A stretch of 64,000 nucleotides of DNA. Source: Streptosporangiaceae bacterium (lineage in GTDB: Bacteria; Actinomycetota; Actinomycetes; Streptosporangiales; Streptosporangiaceae). The translations under genes and the position numbers were made by a program. The notes below the pieces were generated by a model. It had not been told where the DNA came from and searched no databases. It was given only the letters and a program-made list of their open reading frames with translations. Positions 54,776-63,387 of this stretch are shown piece by piece (positions within the stretch are counted from its first letter, which is position 1; each line of letters begins with the position of its first letter). Where the stretch lies: the NCBI GenBank assembly GCA_025934375.1, contig JAICYD010000015.1:15073-79072 (forward strand). The letters run 5' to 3'.

Positions 54776-55690
54776 TTAGCCGGGGGCGCGGGTGCGAAGG
54801 CGGCGGAGCATGCGGGCGTCTTGGAAGCCGACCGCGCGGGCAGCGGCCTCGACGGTGGCGCCGTGGCCGATCAGGTGCTCGGCTCGCTCCAGCCGCAGGA
54901 CCTGCTGGTAGCGCAGCGGGGTGATGCCGGTCGCCTCCGCGAACCGGCGGGTGAGGGTGCGCTCGCTGACGCCGCATTCGGTTGCCAGGTCGGTGAGCGG
55001 GAGCGGGCCGGCGAACCGGGCCTCGATGTGATCCTGGGCGCGGTGCGCGGTGTCGCTGAGGTGGTTGCGGTGGCGGAGCATGGCGCTGACTTGCCGCTCG
55101 TCCCCGTTGCGGCGGGCGTAGACAACCATCTCGCGGGCCACCTTGGCGGCGGTTGCCGGGCCGTCGCGGACGGCGATCAGGTGCAGGGCCAAGTCGATGC
55201 CGCTGGCGATCCCGGCGGAGGTGGCGATCCGGCCGTCGATGACGTAGAGCACGTCGCGGATGACGGTCGCCTTCGGGTAGCGCCGGGCGAGCTCGTCCTG
55301 GATGTCGTGATGGGTAGTGCAGCGACGGCCGTTCAGGAGGCCCGCGCGCCCGAGGGCGTCGGCGCCCGCGCAAACGCTGACCACGGTCCCGCCGCTGGCG
55401 TGGTGGCCGCGCAGTCGCCGCAGCGTTTGCCTGGCGAGCGGGCCGGTGCCCGCGATGACGGGCGCGGCCCGCCAGCCGGGGACGATGACGAGATCGTGCC
55501 GGGTGAGCGCGGGCCAGTCGGTGGCCGCGTTCATGATGACGCCCTGGGCGCTGGGGATGTCCTCCTGCTCGCCGACGTAGGCCAGCTCGTAATCGCAGCC
55601 GAGGTCGGCGGCGATGCCGAACGCCTGCGCGGGACCCGCCAGGTCCAGCAGGTGCAGCCCACGGACGAGCAGGAAGACAACTTTGCTCAC
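54776..55690 (-). CDS. GlxA-family regulator (DJ-1/PfpI domain plus AraC HTH)
   Basis: N-terminal DJ-1-like fold (VVSVCAGADAL) and C-terminal AraC HTH (LTDLATECGVSERTLTRRF...TPLRYQQVLRLERAEHLI). Confidence 0.85.
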   Translation of the reverse strand: MSKVVFLLVRGLHLLDLAGPAQAFGIAADLGCDYELAYVGEQEDIPSAQGVIMNAATDWPALTRHDLVIVPGWRAAPVIAGTGPLARQTLRRLRGHHASGGTVVSVCAGADALGRAGLLNGRRCTTHHDIQDELARRYPKATVIRDVLYVIDGRIATSAGIASGIDLALHLIAVRDGPATAAKVAREMVVYARRNGDERQVSAMLRHRNHLSDTAHRAQDHIEARFAGPLPLTDLATECGVSERTLTRRFAEATGITPLRYQQVLRLERAEHLIGHGATVEAAARAVGFQDARMLRRLRTRAPG

Positions 55691-55697
55691 GATCTGG

Positions 55698-56279
55698 TCA
55701 TTTTATCGCCTCGGCGATGGTGACGATTGTGGCGAACCTCCCGGCGAGCGCGTACTCGGTTCGCTCGATGACGGCGGCGGCCGGCAGCGTGCGCGGGTCG
55801 CTGAGCAACTCCTCGACAGTCCGGTCCTTCGGGGCATCCCGGTGCGCGATCGGGTTGGTGGCGGTCGCCTCGGTGACGAAGGTGACCTGGTAACCGAGAT
55901 CGGAGGCGACCCGGGTGGTCGTTTCGGCGCACTGCTCGGTCCTGATCCCGCAGACGACGAGCTCGGTGATGCCCTGCTGGGTCAGTAGTTGCTGCAGGCT
56001 GGTGGTGGTGAAGGCATTGTGCGAGGTCTTAGCGAGCTCCGGCTCGCCGGGCTGGGGGGCCAGCGGGGCCATGTAGCGGACGTGCCCGCTGGCGGGGTCG
56101 AACGGTGTCCCCGATCCGGGCTCGGAATGCAGCACCCACACGACGAGATCGCCGCGGGCTCGCATGCCGTCCACGAGCCGGGCGACGTCGCTGGCGATCT
56201 CGGGGTTGGAGATGGTCGGCCACAGCGGGCCGTACCGGAACGATTCCTGAACATCGATGACGAGAAGAGCGCGAGGCAT
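55698..56279 (-). CDS. Isochorismatase-family cysteine hydrolase
   Basis: ALLVIDVQESF...and VVCGIRTEQCAETT (catalytic Cys context). The start is set at ATG 56279, preceded by AAGGA. Confidence 0.8.
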   Translation of the reverse strand: MPRALLVIDVQESFRYGPLWPTISNPEIASDVARLVDGMRARGDLVVWVLHSEPGSGTPFDPASGHVRYMAPLAPQPGEPELAKTSHNAFTTTSLQQLLTQQGITELVVCGIRTEQCAETTTRVASDLGYQVTFVTEATATNPIAHRDAPKDRTVEELLSDPRTLPAAAVIERTEYALAGRFATIVTIAEAIK

Positions 56280-56457
56280 ATCCTTAGGATTACCTGAGTG
56301 GAACCTCCGCCCGTAAGGCCAGATCACGTCCAGAACCGGACCGATCTGGTCACAGGCCTGGGTCGGCGAAATTTCGGGCTCAACAACTGCGCGCGGTCGC
56401 GGCACCTATAGAGGTGAACGGCTAGCAGCGCGCCCCAGTCCTAGGAGGAACAGCGCG

Positions 56458-56967
56458 GTGACCTTCGATGAGTTCGTCAACGCCGAGTTGGACGGACTCA
56501 TCAGCTTTGCCGCCGCGCTGGCGGGCGACCGGTACCTGGCCGAGGACATCTTGTCCGACGCGCTCGTTAAGGTCGCGCTCCAGTGGCGGCGGATCTCGGC
56601 GGCGGACAACCCTACCGCCTACGTCCGGCGCATGGTGGTAACGACCTACCTCGCCGATCGCCGCAAGGCACGGCGGCGCCGGACCGAGCCGACCAGCGAC
56701 CTGTCCGTGCTTGACTACCCGACTGCGGACCAGACCGACGCGATCCTAGCCCGGCAGGAGGTGGCGGGCCTGCTCGCCCGGCTGCCCCCGCAACAGAAGG
56801 CCGTGATCGTGTTGCGCTACCTACTCGATGAGCCCGATGACGAGATAGCGCGCGCTCTTGGCTGTACGCCGGCCACGGTGCGCTCGCACCTGTCCCTCGC
56901 CCGCGCCGCATTGCGGCTGGCCGCCGCGGCATCGGTGTCCGTTTCGGGACGGGCAGGCTCCCAATGA
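56458..56967 (+). CDS. ECF-type (SigE-family) RNA polymerase sigma factor
   Basis: 169 aa, GTG start, with region 2 (AEDILSDALVKVALQWRRI) and region 4 (LPPQQKAVIVLRYLLDEPDDEIARALGCTPATVRSHLSLAR). Confidence 0.85.
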   Translation: MTFDEFVNAELDGLISFAAALAGDRYLAEDILSDALVKVALQWRRISAADNPTAYVRRMVVTTYLADRRKARRRRTEPTSDLSVLDYPTADQTDAILARQEVAGLLARLPPQQKAVIVLRYLLDEPDDEIARALGCTPATVRSHLSLARAALRLAAAASVSVSGRAGSQ

Positions 56968-57998
56968 GGACGATGGAACTCGAAGAGCTTACGGCCGCGC
57001 TCGCCGGGCCTACTAAGCCTGATCGAGAGGCGGTCCTGGCATCGTTTCGTCGCAAGCACCACAAGACGAAGGTCAAGCGGCGCCTTTGGTGGCTCGGCGG
57101 CCTCGCCGCATGCGTCGTGGTCGCCCTCACGTTCGTCACCACTGGGCAGACCCGGCCCCGCACTTCGGTAGCGGTCTCCCCCGCGGGTTGCGCGCCGGCC
57201 CCGCTGGCGCAGTCCCTGGCGCGAGCACGGCAGGCCGGTGCCTCCATCCTCATCGCTTACGGATCGCCGACGGGCACGACCGCCGCTTCCGGCTACCAGG
57301 GAGTCGTCCTGCAGTCGGTACGGATGCTCAGCGGCCCGCCCATCGCTTCCGGCACCACCGCGTGGACCGACGACGCAGCGGCGACCGGAACGGGGCCGAC
57401 GGCGGCCAGGATCACGAGCGGCCAGATGCTGGCCATCGCGTGGCCCGCGGCAGTCGCCGGGTCCGCGGTCGGTCCCATCGTGCACACGGCTCCCGTCAGG
57501 GGCGGCAACGTGCTCCTCACCAGGTCGGGATGCCAGGACGTGGCGATCTTGGCCGCTGCGCCCAGCGCGAGTCCGGGGACGACGGCGAGCACCGGGGGCG
57601 CCCCCGCTCCGGATGGGCTGTACGCCATCCCCCTGCGATCGGTGGAACAGGCCGCGACCAGCCCGCTAGCGGAAGACCCGGGGGACGCGAACAAGCCGGC
57701 GCCAACGACGCCGGCCACCCTCCCAGGCCCCGGCAACGGCAACCAGAACGCCGGGAACAGCGGAAACAACGGGAACGGCGACAACGCTGGGAATACCGGG
57801 AACAGCAGCAACGCCGCGAGCACGGGGAACGGCGACAACGCCGCGAACAGCGGGAATACCGGGGACGGCAACGGCAACGGCAACGGCAACGGGAACGGCA
57901 ACGGGAACGGGAACGGGAACGGGAACGGGAACGGCAAGGCGAACGGGAACACGACCGGCAAGGCAAAGGCCAAGGGCAATGGCAACGGTAATGGCTGA
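56964..57998 (+). CDS. Single-pass membrane protein downstream of the ECF sigma factor (anti-sigma-like) with an Asn/Gly repeat tail
   Basis: 4-bp overlap with the sigma factor gene. One TM helix (WWLGGLAACVVVALTFV), a ~170-aa extracytoplasmic region, and a ~100-aa tail rich in N/G ending in (GN)n. Confidence 0.6.
   Translation: MRTMELEELTAALAGPTKPDREAVLASFRRKHHKTKVKRRLWWLGGLAACVVVALTFVTTGQTRPRTSVAVSPAGCAPAPLAQSLARARQAGASILIAYGSPTGTTAASGYQGVVLQSVRMLSGPPIASGTTAWTDDAAATGTGPTAARITSGQMLAIAWPAAVAGSAVGPIVHTAPVRGGNVLLTRSGCQDVAILAAAPSASPGTTASTGGAPAPDGLYAIPLRSVEQAATSPLAEDPGDANKPAPTTPATLPGPGNGNQNAGNSGNNGNGDNAGNTGNSSNAASTGNGDNAANSGNTGDGNGNGNGNGNGNGNGNGNGNGNGKANGNTTGKAKAKGNGNGNG
57867..57950 (+). repeat. 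Hexanucleotide tandem repeat (GGNAAC) x14, in frame (Gly-Asn)
   Basis: Counted directly: GGCAAC x4, GGGAAC, GGCAAC, GGGAAC x5, then GGCAAG, GCGAAC, GGGAAC. The array is codon-aligned with the 56964 ORF. Confidence 0.95.
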
Positions 57999-58788
57999 GG
58001 CCGGGCGGCCCATGATCGACGTCTCGAAGCCTAACAACGCCCGTGTGTACAGCTACCTGCTGGGCGGGAAGGATAACTTCGCGGTCGACCGGGAGGCCGT
58101 CGAGCGGATACTGATCCGCGATCCGGGACTGAAGCGGCGAGCGCGGCTCAACCGGGCGTTCGTGACCGGTGCCACCAAGCGCGCGATCCGTGCCGGGATC
58201 GATCAGTTCATTGACCTTGGATCCGGCCTGCCGGTTCATCCGTGGGTTCATGAGGTGATCCGCCTGGGCAGCCCGCTCGCGCGAGTCGTCTACGTGGACA
58301 GTGACCCGGTCGTGTTCTCGCACACCAACGCCTGCGCGGCCGTGGAAGAGGGAATCGTGGCCGCCCGGGCCGATATCCGGGACCTGGACGCCGTCCTCGC
58401 CGAGCCCGCGGTCCACGCGGCCATTGACCTTTCCCAGCCAGCCTGCGTCATCTTGGCGGCTGTGTGCCATCTCCTGCCGCCGGCGGATGTCGCCGCGGTC
58501 GCCGCCGGGTACATGCGGGTCATGCCCCCGGGATCGTGGCTGGTCTTCTCCACTGAGCACGTAACTGACCTTGTCCTGCGTGCCCAGCTCGCCAAGCTGT
58601 ACGGCGTGGATCGCTTCTACGACCACTGCCAGGAGATCGTCGCCTCGTTGTTCGCCGATCTCGACCTCGTCCCGCCGGGGATCTGCGAGGCACGGCGGTG
58701 GCTTTCGAGGCTGGGCGGCGTGCCCGCGCAGGCCGACCAGCCGGGCTACATGCTATGCGCCGCGGGGGTAAAGCCCTTGGCCAGTTAA
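57979..58788 (+). CDS. SAM-dependent methyltransferase (Methyltransf_19 / former DUF574), paralog of 44174..44995
   Basis: IDVSKPNNARVYSYLLGGKDNFAVD...IDQFIDLGSGLP...VYVDSDPVVFSH...ADIRD. The start could be 57979, 57991 or 58012. Confidence 0.75.
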   Translation: MATVMAEAGRPMIDVSKPNNARVYSYLLGGKDNFAVDREAVERILIRDPGLKRRARLNRAFVTGATKRAIRAGIDQFIDLGSGLPVHPWVHEVIRLGSPLARVVYVDSDPVVFSHTNACAAVEEGIVAARADIRDLDAVLAEPAVHAAIDLSQPACVILAAVCHLLPPADVAAVAAGYMRVMPPGSWLVFSTEHVTDLVLRAQLAKLYGVDRFYDHCQEIVASLFADLDLVPPGICEARRWLSRLGGVPAQADQPGYMLCAAGVKPLAS

Positions 58789-58898
58789 CTGGCCAATGGG
58801 GGCCGGCGGCCGGGCGGTGAGGGGCCGGCCGCCGGTCACAAGGGGATCGCGCGGCCGGGCAGTGAGGGGCCCGGCCGCACGATACCCGGCGGGCAGGT

Positions 58899-59546
58899 TC
58901 AGAAGCCGCGGAATTCGGGGTGGTGGTCGTGCCACCAGGTCAGGATCACCGTGCCGACGATGCTGGACCCGGTGATCGGGCCCCAGAACCGGCTGTCGCA
59001 GGAGTCGGACCGGTTGTCGCCCATCACGTAGAACTCGCCGGGCGGGACACGGTAGGGGTGCTGGCTGGTCGCGTTCGGTATGGGCGGCCCGAGTAGGTCG
59101 CTGGGCGGCAGGTAGAGCTCGGCCAGCGGGCGGCCGTTGACGTAGATCGTGTTGCCAGCGGAGTAGATGGACTGGCCGGGTAGTGCGATGATTCGCTTGA
59201 CCAGATCGTCTTGGGGTGCGCTGCAGCGATCGAGCGGCGGGTGGCTGAACACCACGATGTCGCCCTCGCGGATGTCGCCCGGGCTGAAGAACGCCTTCTG
59301 GACCAGGATCCGGTCGCCTACGGCGAGCGTCGGCACCATGGACGATGAGGGGATCCAGAAGGTCTGGAAAACGAACGTTCGGGCCAGGCCGGCCAGCAGG
59401 ACCGCCATGAGAATCGTGATGACCGTCTCCGCTGCCAGCCGCCATCGCCGGTGACGCTTCGGGCGGGCGCCGACCGTGCTGGTGTCATCCGGGTCGGTGC
59501 CGGCCCTGCTGGCGTCAGCAGGGCCGGCGTCAGCAGGGCCGGTCAT
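58899..59546 (-). CDS. lepB: Signal peptidase I
   Basis: IPSSSMVPTL (catalytic Ser box), GDRILV, and GDNRSDSCDSRFWG (box E). Confidence 0.85.
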   Translation of the reverse strand: MTGPADAGPADASRAGTDPDDTSTVGARPKRHRRWRLAAETVITILMAVLLAGLARTFVFQTFWIPSSSMVPTLAVGDRILVQKAFFSPGDIREGDIVVFSHPPLDRCSAPQDDLVKRIIALPGQSIYSAGNTIYVNGRPLAELYLPPSDLLGPPIPNATSQHPYRVPPGEFYVMGDNRSDSCDSRFWGPITGSSIVGTVILTWWHDHHPEFRGF

Positions 59547-59952
59547 GTCCGGGCTCCCGGTTGGCGGGCTGCGGGCGGTCGGTGGCGGGGGCCGCGTTGG
59601 GAGCGTGGCTTGCCGGGATGGGCACGCAGTGCGCGGGCGCGGGCGGCCGGCTGGGGCTGACGACCGCCCGGGCTGGCTGCGTTGAGGCCACCAGGGCGAC
59701 AGAGACGCCCAGTGAGCAGACCGCGACCAGCAGCGCGCAGGCCACCACGCTCAGGCGGCGGCCAGGGCGCGGGGTCAGCCACTCTCGTGCCGCGCCGGCC
59801 AGGTAGCTCCAGGCGATCGAGCGGGCCGGGGTACCGTCCCTGATTAGCAGCATGGCCAGTTCGGCCGCCTCATCGGCGTGCCGCCGCCGCCAGCGGGCCG
59901 GGTAGCACCGCAGCGCGGCCTCGACTAGCCGGCCCGCCCGGGGGGCATTCAT
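59530..59952 (-). CDS. Hypothetical membrane protein co-transcribed with the PadR regulator
   Basis: 140-aa ORF whose start overlaps the PadR stop. One TM helix (LSVVACALLVAVCSLGVSVALV). No recognisable domain. Confidence 0.5.
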   Translation of the reverse strand: MNAPRAGRLVEAALRCYPARWRRRHADEAAELAMLLIRDGTPARSIAWSYLAGAAREWLTPRPGRRLSVVACALLVAVCSLGVSVALVASTQPARAVVSPSRPPAPAHCVPIPASHAPNAAPATDRPQPANREPGHDRPC

Positions 59953-60290
59953 CAGATGCCCCCCAGCTGCAGCCGCAGCCGCCCGGCCGCGCTGACGCGC
60001 TCAAGTGAGTCCAGGTGCACGCGAAGCGCCGCCGCCCCCGGCGCGGTAATGCGGTAGGGGTGGCGCCGGTCCTCGGCGGGCAGGGACTCGATCAGGGTGA
60101 GCCGCTCGAGCCGGTCCAGCGCACCGTAGAGCGTGCCAGGCCCGAGCTCGACGCCGGCCAGCTCCTTGATGTCCTGGATCAGCGCGTACCCGTGCTTGGG
60201 GCCGTCGGCGAGGCTGATCAAGATCAGCACCGACGCCTCCCCGACCCGGCGCAGGACGTCCGGCCCGGCCCCGTCATCTCGTTTGCCCAC
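59952..60290 (-). CDS. PadR-family transcriptional regulator
   Basis: LILISLADGPKHGYALIQDIKELAGVELGPGTLYGALDRLERLTLIE is the PadR wHTH signature. Confidence 0.9.
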   Translation of the reverse strand: MGKRDDGAGPDVLRRVGEASVLILISLADGPKHGYALIQDIKELAGVELGPGTLYGALDRLERLTLIESLPAEDRRHPYRITAPGAAALRVHLDSLERVSAAGRLRLQLGGI

Positions 60291-60406
60291 GGCCTCCGCC
60301 TCTCTAGTACGTTGGCCAATATATCAGTCAACGTAATAGTGAGGCTAGTGGCCGCCCTAGCGGGCCTCGATGGGGGCGGCGCGGACGAGCGGTCGATAAT
60401 GGCTGC

Positions 60407-61033
60407 ATGGACGCAGAAGGGCTAGGGGTAACGCGGCGCAGCTTGCACGCGGTGGCCGAACTGGTTCTGGCGGGGCCGCAGTACCGCGCGACGGGCAGGC
60501 TACGGCTGCGCGTGGTGCCCGGGGGGTTCGCCACCGCGTTCCCGCCGGACGTGCGCGTCCGGGGCTCTTCCGTTGAGGCCGGGGACAACCTGTCGCAGAT
60601 CAGCGGCCAGACCGCGCGGGCGCTGGGCGCGCGCCTCGGCATTGCCGCGGGCGAGCCCGAGGGCGCCTACCGGGACGGTTGCGGGGTCGGGATCGACGAG
60701 CCGCTGGCGCTTCGCGCCGACCACGCGGCCGTGGTGCTCGACGCGCTCGCCCTCGGCGACGGCGCGCTGGCCGCGTTCGCGCCCGGCGAGGCGCCGGTCT
60801 TGTGGCCGGAGCATTTCGACGTGGCGATCCGGGTGGATGAGGTGAACTACGGCGTGTCCCCGGGCGATGGCTTCATCGCCGAGCCGTACGCCTACATCGG
60901 GGTGGGCCACGTCCCGGCGGGCGACGCGTTCTGGAACGCCCCGTTTGGCGCGGCGCGCCCGCTGCGGGATCTCAACGGCCTGGATGGCACGGTCACGTTC
61001 TTCGCCGAGGGCCGCGAACGCGCTGCCCGCTAA
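60407..61033 (+). CDS. Hypothetical protein
   Basis: 208-aa ORF with a coding-like GC3 pattern. No motif recognised. Confidence 0.55.
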   Translation: MDAEGLGVTRRSLHAVAELVLAGPQYRATGRLRLRVVPGGFATAFPPDVRVRGSSVEAGDNLSQISGQTARALGARLGIAAGEPEGAYRDGCGVGIDEPLALRADHAAVVLDALALGDGALAAFAPGEAPVLWPEHFDVAIRVDEVNYGVSPGDGFIAEPYAYIGVGHVPAGDAFWNAPFGAARPLRDLNGLDGTVTFFAEGRERAAR

Positions 61034-61108
61034 CCCCAATTTCCAGCGCGGGGGCACCGGAAATGACTGACGATCATCAGCAAAGGCCGATGAGTTACGC
61101 TTGAGGCC

Positions 61109-61660
61109 GTGGCACCGACCGACGCCGAGCGAGACCGCCTGCTGATGGAGGGTGCCGCCGCCTACCGCCGGTATGTCAGCGCGGAGGTCTTGCACGGCCA
61201 CGCCACCGCGGAGGCTGCCGGGCTCAACGCCACCGACTTCTTCTGCCTCAACCTGCTATCGCTATCCGGGCCGCTCACGGCCGGCCAGCTCTCGCAGCAG
61301 ACCGGGCTCACCACCGGGGCGACCACCCGCATGATCGACCGGCTCGAGCGGGCCGGATACGTCCGCCGCGGCCGAGACGCCGGCGACCGTCGGCAGGTCA
61401 TCGTCGAACCCCGCCAGCCTGACCGGCGCGAGGAGATCGAGGCGGCCGTGACGCCCGCCCGGCGGCGCTTGCAGGCGGTATTCCAGAGGTACAACGCCCA
61501 GGAAGTACGCGTGCTCGTCGATTACTTCACCCACGCGGCGCCGGCGCTGCTCGCCGCGGTCGACGATTTGCGGGACCGCCGGCGTTTAGAGGGCGCGGCC
61601 AGGCCCCGGCCGACCCCGGCCGAGGTGAGCTTCTACGGCGGCGTGGCGCGCAAGGTGTAG
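61109..61660 (+). CDS. MarR-family transcriptional regulator
   Basis: GPLTAGQLSQQTGLTTGATTRMIDRLERAGYVRRGRDAGDRRQVIVEP is the MarR wHTH with wing. GTG start. Confidence 0.85.
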   Translation: MAPTDAERDRLLMEGAAAYRRYVSAEVLHGHATAEAAGLNATDFFCLNLLSLSGPLTAGQLSQQTGLTTGATTRMIDRLERAGYVRRGRDAGDRRQVIVEPRQPDRREEIEAAVTPARRRLQAVFQRYNAQEVRVLVDYFTHAAPALLAAVDDLRDRRRLEGAARPRPTPAEVSFYGGVARKV

Positions 61661-62151
61661 CGGGCCTCGGCGGACTGTCGCTGGCCGGCGCGCTTGTCGA
61701 GCCAGGCGTGGAACACCACGAGCCAGCCAGTTGGCACAGCTGTGTACAACGCGAACATGAGCAGGATGAACGGGATGGCGAATGGCGAGTCATCCGGTAT
61801 CCACGGCATCATGAAGATGATGGGGAGCGCGAAGGTGGCGCCGGTGAGCGCCACGATCGCCTTCTTGTTCCTCGATGACTCCCTGGCGGGCGGTGACGGC
61901 GGCTGTGCTGTCTCCAAGACCGGGGCGCTGGCCAGCCGGGCCGGAAGGTCAGCGGTGAGGGTGGCCAGGTCGGCGTAGGCCCGGGACGTGAGCGCGCGGC
62001 CGATCCGCAGGCCGAACTCGTCACTGTCTAGCCGTCCCTGGACGAATGCGGCCTTGAGCACCTCGACCACCTGCTCGCGGTCGGCGTGCGACGCTCGCAT
62101 TCGGTCGTGACGGGCTGCGCCTGTCGTCATCTCATTACCGGGTCCTGCCAT
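61633..62151 (-). CDS. DUF1707 domain membrane protein
   Basis: RASHADREQVVEVLKAAFVQGRLDSDEFGLRIGRALTSRAYADLATLTADLP, followed by two TM helices. Confidence 0.7.
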   Translation of the reverse strand: MAGPGNEMTTGAARHDRMRASHADREQVVEVLKAAFVQGRLDSDEFGLRIGRALTSRAYADLATLTADLPARLASAPVLETAQPPSPPARESSRNKKAIVALTGATFALPIIFMMPWIPDDSPFAIPFILLMFALYTAVPTGWLVVFHAWLDKRAGQRQSAEARYTLRATPP

Positions 62152-62387
62152 CCCGCCACCTCCCCCACGGCGCGATCTGCGGCAAGCGTAGCGCCGTTAC
62201 CCGCAACCCCGGTAGTGCGCCCTCGTCAGGTCGCTGGGGGCATCGATCCCGCCAGGGTGTAGAGGTTGCACAGATCGCGGACCAGCAGCCGCGCCGTCGT
62301 CACAGCGTCCCGATCCTGGTCAGTCACAGAACCTCACGGGGCCGATCCTGCCACAATCCGGATACACCTCGTGGTTTCCTGGGCGTC

Positions 62388-62813
62388 ATGACTGACAGCG
62401 AGCAGGCAGCCCTGGAGATCCACGAGATCACCTTCGACGCGCGGGACCCGCACGCGCTGGCCGGGTTCTGGGCCGCGCTGCTGGAACGCGAGATCCGGCC
62501 CGGCGACATGCCGCAAGACGACTCGGTACTGGTGGTGCCGACTCCCGGCCAGCCGGGCCTGTTGTTCCTGCGCGTCCCGGAGGGGAAGACGGCGAAAAAC
62601 CGCATCCACTTTGACCTGTGGCCAACGTCGGCCAAGCGAGACGAGCAGGTTGAGCGAGCGACCCGCCTGGGCGCGACGGTGCTGGATGACCAGCGCCGGG
62701 CGGACGGGAGCGGGTGGGTCGTGTTCACCGACCCGGACGGGAACGAGTTCTGCATTGGAAGCAGCGCCGCCGAGAGGGCGACACGACGGGCGACGGCCGG
62801 GAAACCGGGATGA
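62388..62813 (+). CDS. VOC-family (glyoxalase/bleomycin-resistance fold) protein
   Basis: ITFDARDPHALAGFWAALL...NRIHFDL...GWVVFTDPDGNEFCI is the typical pattern. Confidence 0.8.
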   Translation: MTDSEQAALEIHEITFDARDPHALAGFWAALLEREIRPGDMPQDDSVLVVPTPGQPGLLFLRVPEGKTAKNRIHFDLWPTSAKRDEQVERATRLGATVLDDQRRADGSGWVVFTDPDGNEFCIGSSAAERATRRATAGKPG

Positions 62814-62820
62814 GCGAATG

Positions 62821-63240
62821 TCAGGCTGCGATGGCGAGGTCGCTGCCGCAGTGCCAGCACCTGATGGCATCAACGGCCAGGTCGGCCTGCTTGCAGTATG
62901 GGCACGCCTTGGTCGGCGCCGGGTCACCGAAGACGGTCTGGCCCCGCTTGCGCATGTAGGCCCGGTAGGGCACCACGATCAGGAAGTAGACGACGGCCAC
63001 GAAGATCACGAAGTAGATGAGCGCGCCAATGAACGCGCCCAGGTCGATTCGCTGACCGTTGAGCGTCCACCCGATCCCTTTGCCGGCCGGCCCGCCACCC
63101 GCTATCGCGTTGATCAGGGGGGTGATGACGCTGTCGGTGAACGCCTTGATCAAGGTGCTGAACGCGAGCGCCACGACAAGGCCGACCGCGATGACGATCA
63201 GGTCGCCCTGCATGAGGAAGTTCTTGAAACCGCGGAGCAT
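62821..63240 (-). CDS. mscL: Large-conductance mechanosensitive channel with a C-terminal CxxC...CxxC extension
   Basis: MLRGFKNFLMQGDLIVIAVGLVVALAFSTLIKAFTDSVITPLI matches the MscL TM1 signature, and TM2 follows. The C-terminus reads ACPYCKQADLAVDAIRCWHCGSDL. Confidence 0.85.
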   Translation of the reverse strand: MLRGFKNFLMQGDLIVIAVGLVVALAFSTLIKAFTDSVITPLINAIAGGGPAGKGIGWTLNGQRIDLGAFIGALIYFVIFVAVVYFLIVVPYRAYMRKRGQTVFGDPAPTKACPYCKQADLAVDAIRCWHCGSDLAIAA

Positions 63241-63387
63241 CCTCGACTCCTTTCTGAGACGGCATCAGTGGTGCTGGTGGTGTAAGCCCGCTTCCCTCCT
63301 CCTTCACACTTCCCATCCATCCCAGGTATATGATCGTCTCGGCACAAGATCGACTGGCGGGGCAGGCCGGAAATTCGACTCCTCCGG

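Noticed and set aside
57700-57998. A short-period repeat region that could superficially be flagged as a CRISPR-like or satellite array.
   Set aside because: The period is only 6 nt, there are no spacers, and the array lies in frame inside a coding sequence (Gly-Asn repeats). It is not a CRISPR array.
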